The notes under the pieces were generated by a model. That model ran no database searches. It was not told the origin of the DNA and saw only the letters and a list, made by a program, of their open reading frames with translations. Position numbers and translations under genes: made by a program. A stretch of 63,972 nucleotides of DNA, filler included, from Globobulimina sp. (lineage: Eukaryota): the NCBI GenBank assembly GCA_003354225.1. It is 24 parts of 24 records of this genome, joined end to end, with 100 filler letters (N's around TTAATTAATTAA, not from the genome) between each part and the next. Parts side by side here need not be neighbours in the genome. Positions count along the whole stretch, not along the records: positions 24,041 to 26,610 come from PIVH01005931.1; positions 26,711 to 29,280 come from PIVH01005932.1; positions 29,381 to 31,950 come from PIVH01005933.1; positions 32,051 to 34,620 come from PIVH01005934.1; positions 34,721 to 37,290 come from PIVH01005935.1; 19 more parts are not named here. The stretch is one strand, 5' to 3'. Numbering within the stretch: the stretch's first letter is position 1; each line of letters begins with the position of its first letter. Of this stretch, positions 24,041-34,937 are shown piece by piece.

Positions 24041-24346
24041 GATTTTTATCCAAAGAAAGCAATACGATCCGGACATGCACATAATACTGTTAATAATATG
24101 AATAATATGAATGTAAAAAGAACAGTGCCAAATGTGAATGATGATGAGAGCATTGAAATGATTGGCAAACAGCCAACCTTATCGTATTCAGCAATGAATT
24201 GTGTCATTTGTTTGGATGTTTTATTGGATAATGAATCGTTAAAATTGCGCTGTGGTCATAAATTTCATACACATTGCATTGAAGAGTATAATGAAACAAA
24301 TAAACTATGTCCTTTGTGTCGAAATGAAATTGTATTTGAGTATTAA
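24041..24346 (+). CDS. RING-H2 finger protein, 3' part
   Basis: CVICLD...LRCGHKFHTHCI...CPLCR. Confidence 0.8.
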   Translation, partial: DFYPKKAIRSGHAHNTVNNMNNMNVKRTVPNVNDDESIEMIGKQPTLSYSAMNCVICLDVLLDNESLKLRCGHKFHTHCIEEYNETNKLCPLCRNEIVFEY

Positions 24347-24811
24347 TATTAATGTCAATGCACACTAATTCGCTCTTTGTATGTATTCAAAAGTATAATA
24401 TACAATATATAAATTGATGTTAATTCTTGCAAATCCTTCAAATGTTAAGCCGTTCAGTAGTAAACAAAAAGTTTCAACGTTAGTTGGATCTGGTCTCGAC
24501 CAGGAAATGGCACTCTATGCACAGCATTTAACATTACCTGCAGGAGACAGTAGTCTCCCAAAACCATTGTGTGGATCATATATCGCAGTGAAGTGAATCC
24601 AAAACTAATTGGTCAAATTTTGCTGTTTTTCACAACTGTGATGTGTGGCTTACTTGTATTTGTTTGCTGTTTTTCAGAAATTAACAGATTGCAAACTAAC
24701 CCAAACTTATTTTAGTTTGCAATCTGAATTGGGTACACAAATATGAATTGGGTCATTGTAAGGAAATATAACATGTAACAATCAAATTTAAATTGTGATC
24801 AAACTCAAAAA

Positions 24812-26608
24812 TCAATTTCTCTCTGTATGCTCATGATGCTTTTGTATGGCATTTAAATCAATACCAAAATCGTTTTGTAATCTATCTTGTAATCCTTTCG
24901 TGTCTCCCAAATGTGTATCTGCCAAATTCAGCATCGACTCAATTGCTTCATTAATATCGCTCAATTTATCTGATTTCAGCAAGATCGAAAACTGTTTAAT
25001 TATTTGCTTTCTTTGTTGCACCGATGACTCCGAATGGCATTTTCTTTGAGTAACCATAGTTTCTTTAAATTGATCAATGGCCCGCATTCTCTCCTGCTCA
25101 TATTCTTGTTTTTTATTTAATGAAACTCGTTTATATTTTTGTATGCGTTTATTTCTCTCAATATTTTGTAACTTTTCCTGTTGTCTCAATCTCTTCAATT
25201 CGGACTTTATTCTGCTTTCTTTGGCTCGCGTTTCTTCCATTTTCTTTCTATGTATTTCCATTTGCCGCTCTTTATCCATTGTCTTTTTTGCCAATGCTTT
25301 AACTTTATTTTCTGAGATTTCTTTGGCGCGTTTTCGTTTTTCGTCAGATTTGGCCGCTTTTTGTTTTCGGGTTTCATTTTCTTTGCGTTTCCGCTCTAAA
25401 AATCGTTCCACAGCTTTCTGCTCCTCTTCCTTTTTACGTTTCAAATCTAATAACTTCTGATTTCGTATCCGCTCATTACTTAAGTAAGCTTCTCTAACTC
25501 TTTGCTGTTTTTTTTTTAATTTTTCAGCTTTGGTCATGGCGTCGATGCGTTTGCGTTCTGCCAACTTGCGATTCCTTTGTTCGTCCTGCATTATCATGGC
25601 ACGCAACTTCTCTCTTCTTTTCTGCCGAATGGCTTGTTGTTTCTCAAAGGTTTGCTCTGCAAACTCCTGCTGTTTTTGCTGTTGATGTTTGATATTTTCT
25701 TGTTCCATTTTCTTCTTTAATTTATTCTGAGATTCCATCTGTTTTTTATGGTTTACGCGTTGTTGGAATTCTTTAATTGCTGCCATTTTCTCATTTCTTT
25801 CTTTTTCTTCCTGTAAAAACCTTTTCCTTTCTTCTTGTTTATATTTTTTTATTCGGATTTGTTCCATTCGATCATCAAATGCGTTTCGCAGTGATTCTTG
25901 GTATTCGTTTTGATGCAACATTTTACTTTCCTGCGCTTTTCGTTGTAACATCATCTTAATTTCATAGGCGATCATCTTCTCCAAATCACATTTTTGCCGA
26001 CTGACAACATGATGAAAATATTCTTCTTCTTTAGCTACTTCAGTGGCAAAACGTTCATCTTTGAGTAAGGCCTCAAATTCTGGATTATTGGAAAGTGAAC
26101 GTGTGGAAGCAGTGCGACTCATTTTTTTGTCGGTTTTGTTTTTCGACGGAGTTGCTGAGGTTTTCTTGAGAAAAGTTTTTGATTTTCTTGGAGTGGCTAG
26201 TTTCGAAGTTGAAGCAGAACGTGACATTAATTTATTATCTATTTGAGTCAGTACAGGGATTGAAGACCAATTGCTTGCTATTATGGACTGTCGCGATTTC
26301 TTCAAATCTCGGAGTAACGCTTTCCGTTTGGTTTGATAATGATTAAAACGAATTTGTCCGATGTCCTCCGGAGTAGATTCAGGTAAATGAGATGTAAACC
26401 ATTCTGATGTTTTGAATAAAATTTCTCTGGGAATTACACCGTGTCTTCGCATTGCTTCGTGAGAGCGCGGAGAAAATTGTTTTATATATGATAAGGTGAA
26501 TAAATTAGAATCATCAGTTATTTTGTAAGTTGTTTTTTCATTGGAAATGCTGTCTTCATTATTTGCTGTGGACTCATTTTCTTTTGCTTTTATTGGTGAA
26601 TTTCCATT
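24812..26608 (-). CDS. Long charged coiled-coil protein, possibly cytoskeletal or flagellar; 5'-truncated
   Basis: Frame open from the contig end. SPRSHEAMRRHGVIPREIL motif followed by about 400 aa of K/E/R/Q-rich helix. Confidence 0.7.
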   Translation of the reverse strand, partial: NGNSPIKAKENESTANNEDSISNEKTTYKITDDSNLFTLSYIKQFSPRSHEAMRRHGVIPREILFKTSEWFTSHLPESTPEDIGQIRFNHYQTKRKALLRDLKKSRQSIIASNWSSIPVLTQIDNKLMSRSASTSKLATPRKSKTFLKKTSATPSKNKTDKKMSRTASTRSLSNNPEFEALLKDERFATEVAKEEEYFHHVVSRQKCDLEKMIAYEIKMMLQRKAQESKMLHQNEYQESLRNAFDDRMEQIRIKKYKQEERKRFLQEEKERNEKMAAIKEFQQRVNHKKQMESQNKLKKKMEQENIKHQQQKQQEFAEQTFEKQQAIRQKRREKLRAMIMQDEQRNRKLAERKRIDAMTKAEKLKKKQQRVREAYLSNERIRNQKLLDLKRKKEEEQKAVERFLERKRKENETRKQKAAKSDEKRKRAKEISENKVKALAKKTMDKERQMEIHRKKMEETRAKESRIKSELKRLRQQEKLQNIERNKRIQKYKRVSLNKKQEYEQERMRAIDQFKETMVTQRKCHSESSVQQRKQIIKQFSILLKSDKLSDINEAIESMLNLADTHLGDTKGLQDRLQNDFGIDLNAIQKHHEHTERN

Positions 26609-26818
26609 TGNNNNNNNNNNNNNNNNNNNNNNNNNNNNNNNNNNNNNNNNNNNNTTAATTAATTAANNNNNNNNNNNNNNNNNNNNNNNNNNNNNNNNNN
26701 NNNNNNNNNNAAAAAAAAAAAAAAAAAAAAACAAAAAAAATTATAGAATAAAAATTTTAATGAATAGTAATTTTAATTTAGTAAGATTTATATTACAAAA
26801 CATATCAAATTTTGGTTA

Positions 26819-29280
26819 TTATTTTTTTAAATGCGGCTGGATCACCGCGGTGCCCTCTTGCTGATAAACCGGCGCCGTATATGTTTTTAGCATATTTGGT
26901 TGTTTACTAACAATATGTTCCGATAAAATCCGTATTTTTGGCTTGATGCTCAACGCAATTTCCTTTTTTAATTTGCTATAATGATGGTAATGCGTAGCGA
27001 ACGCGCCATCGTAAGCTAACCGAGAACGGACATATACACATTTACTCGCTTGCCGCTGTGACGCAAACACACACAAAGCAGTCTTGCACTGCACCACCGG
27101 CCGCGGCGGCAAACCCAACAACAACTCTCGTAATCTCTGGTCATCCTTCAACAGCTTACTCCGCGCATCGTACTTCGAACACTGTTCCTCCGCCTTCGCC
27201 GCCGCACATTGCAGACAGACGCGATACGTCGGCGCCGTACCGGGGATTCGTTTGGGATGATAGTAGCCGTCCGAGCACGGCTTTTGTTTATGACACCAAT
27301 AACAATTGTACTGCTCTTGCTTATTATGCATGAAATTAAACTCCATGGTCATGGCCGCCGAGTCCTTACTCAACAACTTATACACCCGATGCTTCTCCAA
27401 CATTTTCTTCATAATCTGCCGGTCCAAAGTGTCCGGCCCGTGGTCGAAATGCACCTTCGTCACTCCGCCAAACGCATTCAACATGGAATAGATATACTTC
27501 TCGTCGCTGTACCACGGCAAGCCATAAATATACACACTCCTTCGGAACGGAAACTGTTTCTCGACGGGCGGCGTAAACTGGTTACGGCCGACAAACAAAG
27601 GATGAAATTGCGGCTCTTCCTTCTCTTTCTTCTCACCGTCGCCCTCACTCTTTTTCTCCACCACCAACACATGCACCGGCACCAGAGCCAGGGCCTGTTG
27701 CTGTATACAAACACCACAAAAGTCCGAAAACGTTCTCAAAAACGCTTTTCAAATCGTATAGAAACACACCTGTTGCTGCAGTAGTTTTTCTTCGTCGGGC
27801 AAAATCATATCGATATACGGCGACAATTTCAATGACTCATACAAGTGCCCCGACGAATTGCATAATTGCCGGACACGCGACAGACTCAACACGTCCTCCA
27901 CGGCAAGATAGCCCCTTCGCGGCTCCTTACATATCTTTTCCAATAAACGCTTATCCCGTTTCAAGTTATAATCACTGAAATAAAACTCGACCTGCGCGCG
28001 GATCAAATTCTGTTGGATCACGATCTCCGGCGGATACTCTTCCTGTCGCACCGCGCCATTCCCGTCGCCGGCGTCGCCGACCCCAATCTCGTCCTTATTG
28101 CTCTTGCTCGCCGCCAGGAAATTGTCGTGTCGCTGACTGTCCACATTCTCCTTCAGATTGTTGACAATCTCCGTCAACTCAATCACCTCCAACTCGAACT
28201 GCATGTTTTTGTTCTTGTTCATCTCTCGCTGCTTCTTGGCCAGATTCAGAGTCTTCCGAACATGCTCCAACTGCGCACGCAAATGCTTATGCATTACATC
28301 CGCAGACGCCGACGCGGCCATATTCTTCGTACGCAGTCGATCCACCTTAGCACGCACCGCAGGTTACACCCATACATACAAAAAATAGATAGATAAGTCA
28401 GACACCTGTCGGTTCAAAGAGGCTCTCTGTGCGCCCCAAAACTCCCTCATCTTGGCCTCATCCATCTCGCCCTCGTGCTCCAGGTCCTGCTGCAACGAGG
28501 TCTGTATGGCCAATTTCTCCATGACCGACGTGTTCAAAATCTTGTCGCGTTCTTGCTTGGTTTGCTGCAGCGCCCACTGCGTCCTCTTCGTCTTGGACTC
28601 GGTGGCCGTGATTTGCTTCTCCAGCTCGCTCAGCTCTTTTTTAATTAATTTCAACTGTTGGTTCAGATCAAACACAGCGAAGTCGAAGCCGCTCGATAAT
28701 GCCATTAATTGCGTCTCGTACTCGAGCTGTTGCTGTTGCTGCGTCACCATGTCCATATTCATATTGATGTTGAGCTCCATCGACGGAGAGCTGCAGTTAT
28801 TGGCAGCGCCGCGCTTATTCTTCTTCTTTTTCTTCTGTTTCTTGCGTATGTGCTCTCTCTGAGACTGCGCCGGTGCCTGTAACCGGTACGGATTATATGG
28901 GTGAGGGTGCGCGCGTTTTTGTGCTATGGGTGGCTGTGTGGGCGGGATCACGTAATGCGGGTAATAGGCCTGGTTGACGTGGCTGTATACGGAGGCGTGG
29001 TTTTCGTCGTAGGTCAACGGCGTGGTTTTGGCGTAGATTAAGTTGGTGGGTAAGCCTAAGATATCCGCGGCCGTGTCGTCGGCGAGCGTGGCGTTAAAGG
29101 GCGGCGTCAGTGGCAAGGCGTTGATGTTTAAGTCGCGTTCGATATCGCGCATGGCCTTGGCATCCGGCTCAGAGTATTGCCGTTGTAGAGAGAATTTGGG
29201 CGATTCTGGGAATTCTTTCACCTCTGCTTTGTTGCTATCGATTTGCGCTAATTCTGCAGAGTTGGGAGTGTCCAATTTGG
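26819..29280 (-). CDS. La-related RNA-binding protein (coiled coil + La motif + RRM with inserted Cys4 module); introns 28346-28405 and 27701-27769
   Basis: La motif IRAQVEFYFSDYNLKRDKRL...GYLAVEDVLSLSRVRQL. RNP2 SVYIYGLP and RNP1-like TALCVFAS. Both introns are phase 0 GT-AG. Confidence 0.85.
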
Positions 29281-29380
29281 NNNNNNNNNNNNNNNNNNNN
29301 NNNNNNNNNNNNNNNNNNNNNNNNTTAATTAATTAANNNNNNNNNNNNNNNNNNNNNNNNNNNNNNNNNNNNNNNNNNNN

Positions 29381-31136
29381 CCAATCCGCCAATTATGCAA
29401 TTTCCATTAGGCGTAACTCATGCAATCACACTGCAAACCTCTGATGCCGATGGCGATGTAGTAAAATGTAGAAAATCAACAGACGCTCTCTCTCGTATAA
29501 CTGGACTGGATTCTACCAATCATTTTAGTTACGTTTTTTTTTATACAATGCTGTATGTATCATTTTGACTTTTTTTCTTTTCGTGTGGTGTTAATTAGGT
29601 ATTTCAGAGCAATGCGTATTAACCGGTAATTTACCATCAATTGGCACTACCTGGAATTTTAAGACCGTGGTTCAAGGCAGCAAATGGGCCACACAGTATT
29701 TTGTATTTACGGAAGATGCGTCCGGTAATGAAATGGATCGAACTGCCGTTGATTTTATAATGGAGGGTATTGACGGTTTGCCGCCAGTTTGCGCCTTGTT
29801 AACAGCGGGACCCTTCGAAGTGGAGGTTGGCGGCGCAGTGTCCATTGCTTTTGGAGTAAGTTCGCCCGATGTGATGGCATCGTCGTTGAATATTAATGTG
29901 ATCAGCATTCCAAGCACCAGCAGCGAGGTAATGCCATCTTTAATACCTGGGCATGGAACATCTGTTGACATCTCGTCTGGATCGGGAATAATTTCCTATG
30001 CCGTAGCGATCAGTGGCAGTGCATCGGCGTTAATTGGCTCGGACGTTGGCGTTTCTTTTGAAATAATCGATCCAAACACCGGCTTTACAACAGCCTGTGC
30101 TGCCGCAGTAACCGTAGTTTTTTCAGATGCAGACGGTGATGGCATAGCGGATGGCAGTGATAACTGCCCAGGCACAGCAAATGCGGACCAATTAGATACG
30201 GATATGGACGGTGCAGGCGATGCGTGCGATGTTTGTCCTTTGGATAACCCAAATGACTCGGATGGTGATTTTGTGTGCGATTCCGACGATAACTGTCCAG
30301 GCACAGCAAATCCAGACCAATTGGACACAGATATGGACGGTGTGGGCGATGCGTGTGATATTTGCCCATTGGATAACCCAAATGACTCGGATGGTGACGG
30401 TGTGTGCGATTCAGACGATAACTGTCCATTGGATGCAAATGCGGACCAATTGGACACAGATATGGATGGTTTCGGCGATGCGTGTGATATTTGTCCGTAC
30501 GACGCGCTCAACGATATTGATAATGACGGCGTCTGTGGCGATGTGGATAACTGTCCATTGCATGCAAATGCCGGTCAGTGTGATTTTGACGAGGATGGCT
30601 ATGGCGATGCTTGTGATTCGTGTGTTTTTGCCGGAGCCAACGACCCGGATCGGGATAATGACGGAGTTCCAGACGCATGCGATATGTGTCCCGGATTTGA
30701 CGATAGTTTGGATGCGGACGGAGATGGTATACCCGATGCTTGTGATATTTGCCCAGGCTTTGATGGTCCAGAGAGTGGCGATAATTATGCAGATGCGGAT
30801 AATGACGGAGTGCCTGACTGTATCGATAATTGTGTGAATGTGGCGAATGCAGATCAAGCAGATATTGATGGAGATGGCAAAGGCGATGCATGTGACCATG
30901 ACCAAGCGTGTTGTGTCGATGACTGTGGTGTTGTGGCGGATGGCTATTACCAATCATGCAACGGCTGTCATGTTTATGTAACGTGTTCGAATGGCATTTT
31001 ATATGATAATCGGCCGTGCCCTGTTTCTTGGGATGGCATTCCACAGTTATTTTGGGATGATACTATCAAAGGATGTGTTTATGAATCGGCCACATGTGAT
31101 TGTACCGGAGTTGTTCAATCAATGCCTTGTCACTAA
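29381..31136 (+). CDS. Thrombospondin type-3 (Ca-binding) repeat protein with C-terminal chitin-binding type-2 (CBM14-like) domain; 5'-truncated; probable intron about 29495-29598
   Basis: Many DxDxDGxGDACD and DNCP..AN.DQ repeats. C-terminal C..VADGYYQSCNGCHVYVTCSNG...RPCP...LFWDDTIKGCVYESATC. Confidence 0.85.
30159..30545 (+). repeat. 129-bp (43-aa) coding tandem repeat, about 3 copies
   Basis: gataactg(c/t)cca recurs at 30159, 30288 and 30417. Confidence 0.85.
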
Positions 31137-31893
31137 GTTGTGGCGCATTAATTGTTTAATTTTTTAATTTTTTAATAATAATAATATATCATCATCTTTC
31201 TTTTTTTCTTTTTTATAGTTTTACTTATTACTTACCTATATTTATATAATTTTTTGTTGTTTAATTTTTAGTTTTGCTGACTTACTTATATTGAAAATCT
31301 CGTGATTGTCAAACAGAAACTGGTATCTCGTGAAGTCAATCAACTTCAGTTCAGGTCGCAAATAAATACTGTTGTAACGTCCTCTGCAAATAGCGGTGTT
31401 TTCTGTTTAGTGTTTACCATCGCAATAATGTAGAAACAACACACGAACATATCCTGGTATTCTTTGTATATTATCATTCTTAACATCCTCATTACTCAAC
31501 AAATAATCAACGATGATCTTAGCCAATTAACGTATTCTGTATCACTGTGCTCTCTGCAATATTCCAGCTCTCATCATTGGCATTGCCAGTCGTGATCTTA
31601 TTAAAATACAAACACGCTCCAATATACTTTGTAAACGACACCCATCGTTTATTTATAATGCTTAATATATCGGTAATTTAATATCAGCGTTTCATTCAAA
31701 AACAAGCGCTCGCATTCATTCTATTAAAATCCATCAAGTTTTTGAATTAATCAAGTTTTTGAATTAAGAATTATGCAAAAAGGAAAAGAAAAAACAATTT
31801 GAAATTATGGTAAACCCAAAATGCCACGAAACTGAACGATCGAGGGATATTTATGGTCTCTTTTCAGTACATGAACAGTACAGTCGGTATAAA

Positions 31894-31950
31894 GGTCGCT
31901 TAGCTCAAGCAGAGCACTGCATTAATCAAGAAGATTAAGGTTCCAATCCT
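31894..31950 (+). pseudogene. Degenerate tRNA-like sequence (tRNA-Ile AAT-like or tRNA-derived SINE head), cut by the contig end
   Basis: GGTCGCT-TA-GCTC..GAGC D-arm, TTAATCA loop and B-box-like GGTTCCAATCC. The anticodon stem pairs only partly. Confidence 0.4.
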
Positions 31951-32398
31951 NNNNNNNNNNNNNNNNNNNNNNNNNNNNNNNNNNNNNNNNNNNNTTAATT
32001 AATTAANNNNNNNNNNNNNNNNNNNNNNNNNNNNNNNNNNNNNNNNNNNNGTTTTTATATCGGTAGCTATGTCATAGCTATAAGCAAATTAGTGTTAGGA
32101 ATAGTTTTTGCGATTGAAAGATGTCTGCAAGCAAACTACATTTTTGTGTTAGCTACATTTTTGGTATGGGCCGCATGGATAATTACTGATATTTTTTTAT
32201 TTGCAATGAACAAAGTTACAGATGAACACGGGTTGCGATTACAGCCGTGGTAATCAAATGAGATTGATTTTAAAACACTTGTCATTTCAATATAGTATCT
32301 TTTTCCAATTCATTGTCCGTAAATAATTATCTCAGCAAACAGTTTGTGTTTAATGTGTATATGAAAGCAAAGAGCGTACTGATATTTATAAATAATAT

Positions 32399-34620
32399 TT
32401 ACTTTAAGTTATTTAACAAGTCATGGATTCTCTGTTTAATTTTGTCATCGTCACAATTCGCTTTAATCGTTTGTAGCGCATCAAAATCCTTATCATCCAC
32501 GGCAACATCGACTGCATCGTTCCAGAATTTTAATTGGCACAGCCACTCTAACTTCTCATCAATATCCGATAATTTCAAAATATATTTCTTCGCATAGGCA
32601 GTCTTATCAATCTCTAGAAAAGCTTCAATAATCGGCAAATATCCAACCGGTGGCGGTCTCCGTACAGTGGTATTCTTATCAATATATCTCGACAACTTCT
32701 CCCATTGTTTACATTCCATATAAGATTTAATCAAAACAAACCACCATCGTCTATCCGAAATAAACAATTCTTTTTTGATTTTTTCCGCAAATCCCTCCTC
32801 CCCCAACTCCAACATGACAGATATCGTATCATTGACAGACAATCCTAATGTGGCTATGGCGCTATCCCCGCCACCGCCGCTTATCAGCATTTTCTTATCA
32901 AATTCCTTTTGAAATATAATCATTCTTTTCAAATCAGAGCACATTTGCACATTAAACTTATTCCGCACTTTCTCATAATTCTTAGTCGCACTCTCCAAAT
33001 AAGTAAAACATTTATTTGTGTCATCATTGTGATCCTCGCCAGAGCCCATATCGCCTAATCCAATGTTTCCATTCTTCAGCAACAATATACATTTTTTGAG
33101 ATTAATCCGCGACAATAAATGCATATTCTCCTGCTGATAGGGTATAAATTCATCCTTTGTGTTCGTCAAAAACTTATGTAACAATTGTTTGTAATGTTGA
33201 TTGCTTTCGTCTTCATTCTGCAACAAATCAATATAAGTTTGCAGCAATATATTATTCAACACCGCATTAAACGGCGAGTCTCCACTCTGGTTATTAATTT
33301 TATTATTTTCATATATGATTTCAAATAACTTATACCACGTTTTATTATCATTATATTTACTGATCAACTCAATCAATGTCTGATTAATCAAATTAATGTT
33401 CAACGAAACAATCGATTTCTTCAAAGCAACGATGTATTGTTCAAACTCAATCAGCGAATTAATTTGGATCTTGCTCCGTGGCTCATAGTCCAATAACAAC
33501 TTCGCCAAATCCACCGATCGTTTCTGTGCACAACGCGCTATTTTCGCGTAACTGAAATCATTGCTGAACTGCAATATTTTCTTGCGAATAATATCCACCA
33601 ACACGTGGTCAGTTATGTGTCTTTGGCTGCTTTCAATCTTACAAATGCACCAATGTTCCAACGCAGCATTCACACAAAATGATAAATTCAAATATTTACT
33701 GATCTTAATTGCTAATAAATGCTTCTTCCGATTGATCAATCGTTGCACCACAATCTGTGGCGTCAGAATTTCGAACTGCGTGTAGGTCAAAGGCATACCG
33801 ATATTAATATTGCGGATCGAATTCAACACTCTCAAAAACCGGCAAGTTTCCACAAACCGATCGCAATCAAATAACTCCTGATTGGGTATGAATAACTTTC
33901 CATACTTACAGGCACGTAATAACTTTATTTGATACTCTATAATCTCCAGCTCATACTTTGCTGCATCCAAACAATCCACCACTGCATCTTCCATGTTGTC
34001 CACCGATATCTGTCTCCTATGGCTGTCCGCTCGCGCATCGCCAATATCAAAGTCCTCAAAACTGTCATATAACAACGACGCCGGTTCACGCGAACCATAA
34101 CTAAATATATCCTGTGTACAAAAGGGCACAATGCTCAATACCTCGCAGGTTGTATTCGTTATAATGCGTATACTGTCGATCTCTGGTATTAATATGATGC
34201 GATTCGAGGCTGTCGCAGTAGAACTGGGGTATGGATACGGTATAAATTCATTACTCGAAGCCACAATGATCTGATCATTGTTGAATAATAACACCACTGC
34301 ATCGCTACCACACCACTCCATGGCCAACGGCTGTTTTTTAGCTTTCACGCTGAAATTACTGGCTTGTTTCTGGAAGTTACGCGTCGCCACAATTAAATTC
34401 ATATTCTCATCGAAGATGGCAATCATACGGCCATTGGCCGACACACACATTCGCATAATAGCTCCGCCCCGATGCTGTAATAAGTTGGTGATGTTACTGC
34501 GAGAGATACAATATATGCCACCATCGCCCGTCGATATTAATACTTGAATGTCGTTGTCGTCATCATTCGATTTGCTGTCATCATTTTTGTTGATATTTTT
34601 GTTGATTTCTGGGTTGATTA
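32399..34620 (-). CDS. VPS16: Vacuolar protein sorting 16 (HOPS/CORVET), 5'-truncated
   Basis: MEWCGSDAV, PEIDSIRI, IFSYGSREPASLL, LRVLNSIR..IGMPLTYTQF, RLINRKKHLLA, HWCICKI, LLDYEP, LSVNDT, SDRRWW, PPVGYLP. Confidence 0.93.
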
Positions 34621-34937
34621 NNNNNNNNNNNNNNNNNNNNNNNNNNNNNNNNNNNNNNNNNNNNTTAATTAATTAANNNNNNNNNNNNNNNNNNNNNNNN
34701 NNNNNNNNNNNNNNNNNNNNTTTACTTTTGGGGTTTTGGTCAGCTAACATTTTCATTCACAATCAAGTGGTAATGCAATCTAGCCGAGCATCGAATTGAA
34801 TCATATTAGAATTGTCTACAGATATATAAGGCAATTTTTGTTTTTTTTATTTTAGTCCAGATTCCAAACAAAAAGCCAAAACACACACGCACAAATCATA
34901 CAAAATCAAATCAAATCCAAACTAACAAAAACATAAA

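Noticed and set aside
26711-26740. Poly(A) tail or retrocopy signature
   Set aside because: The A-run is on the plus strand while the gene is on the minus strand (a T-rich 3' region), and the gene retains introns.
29672-31044. Several long overlapping ORFs in other frames or on the antisense strand (also at 27058-28862 and 35001-36956)
   Set aside because: These are shadow ORFs produced by repetitive or GC3-rich coding sequence of the real genes and show no domain signal.
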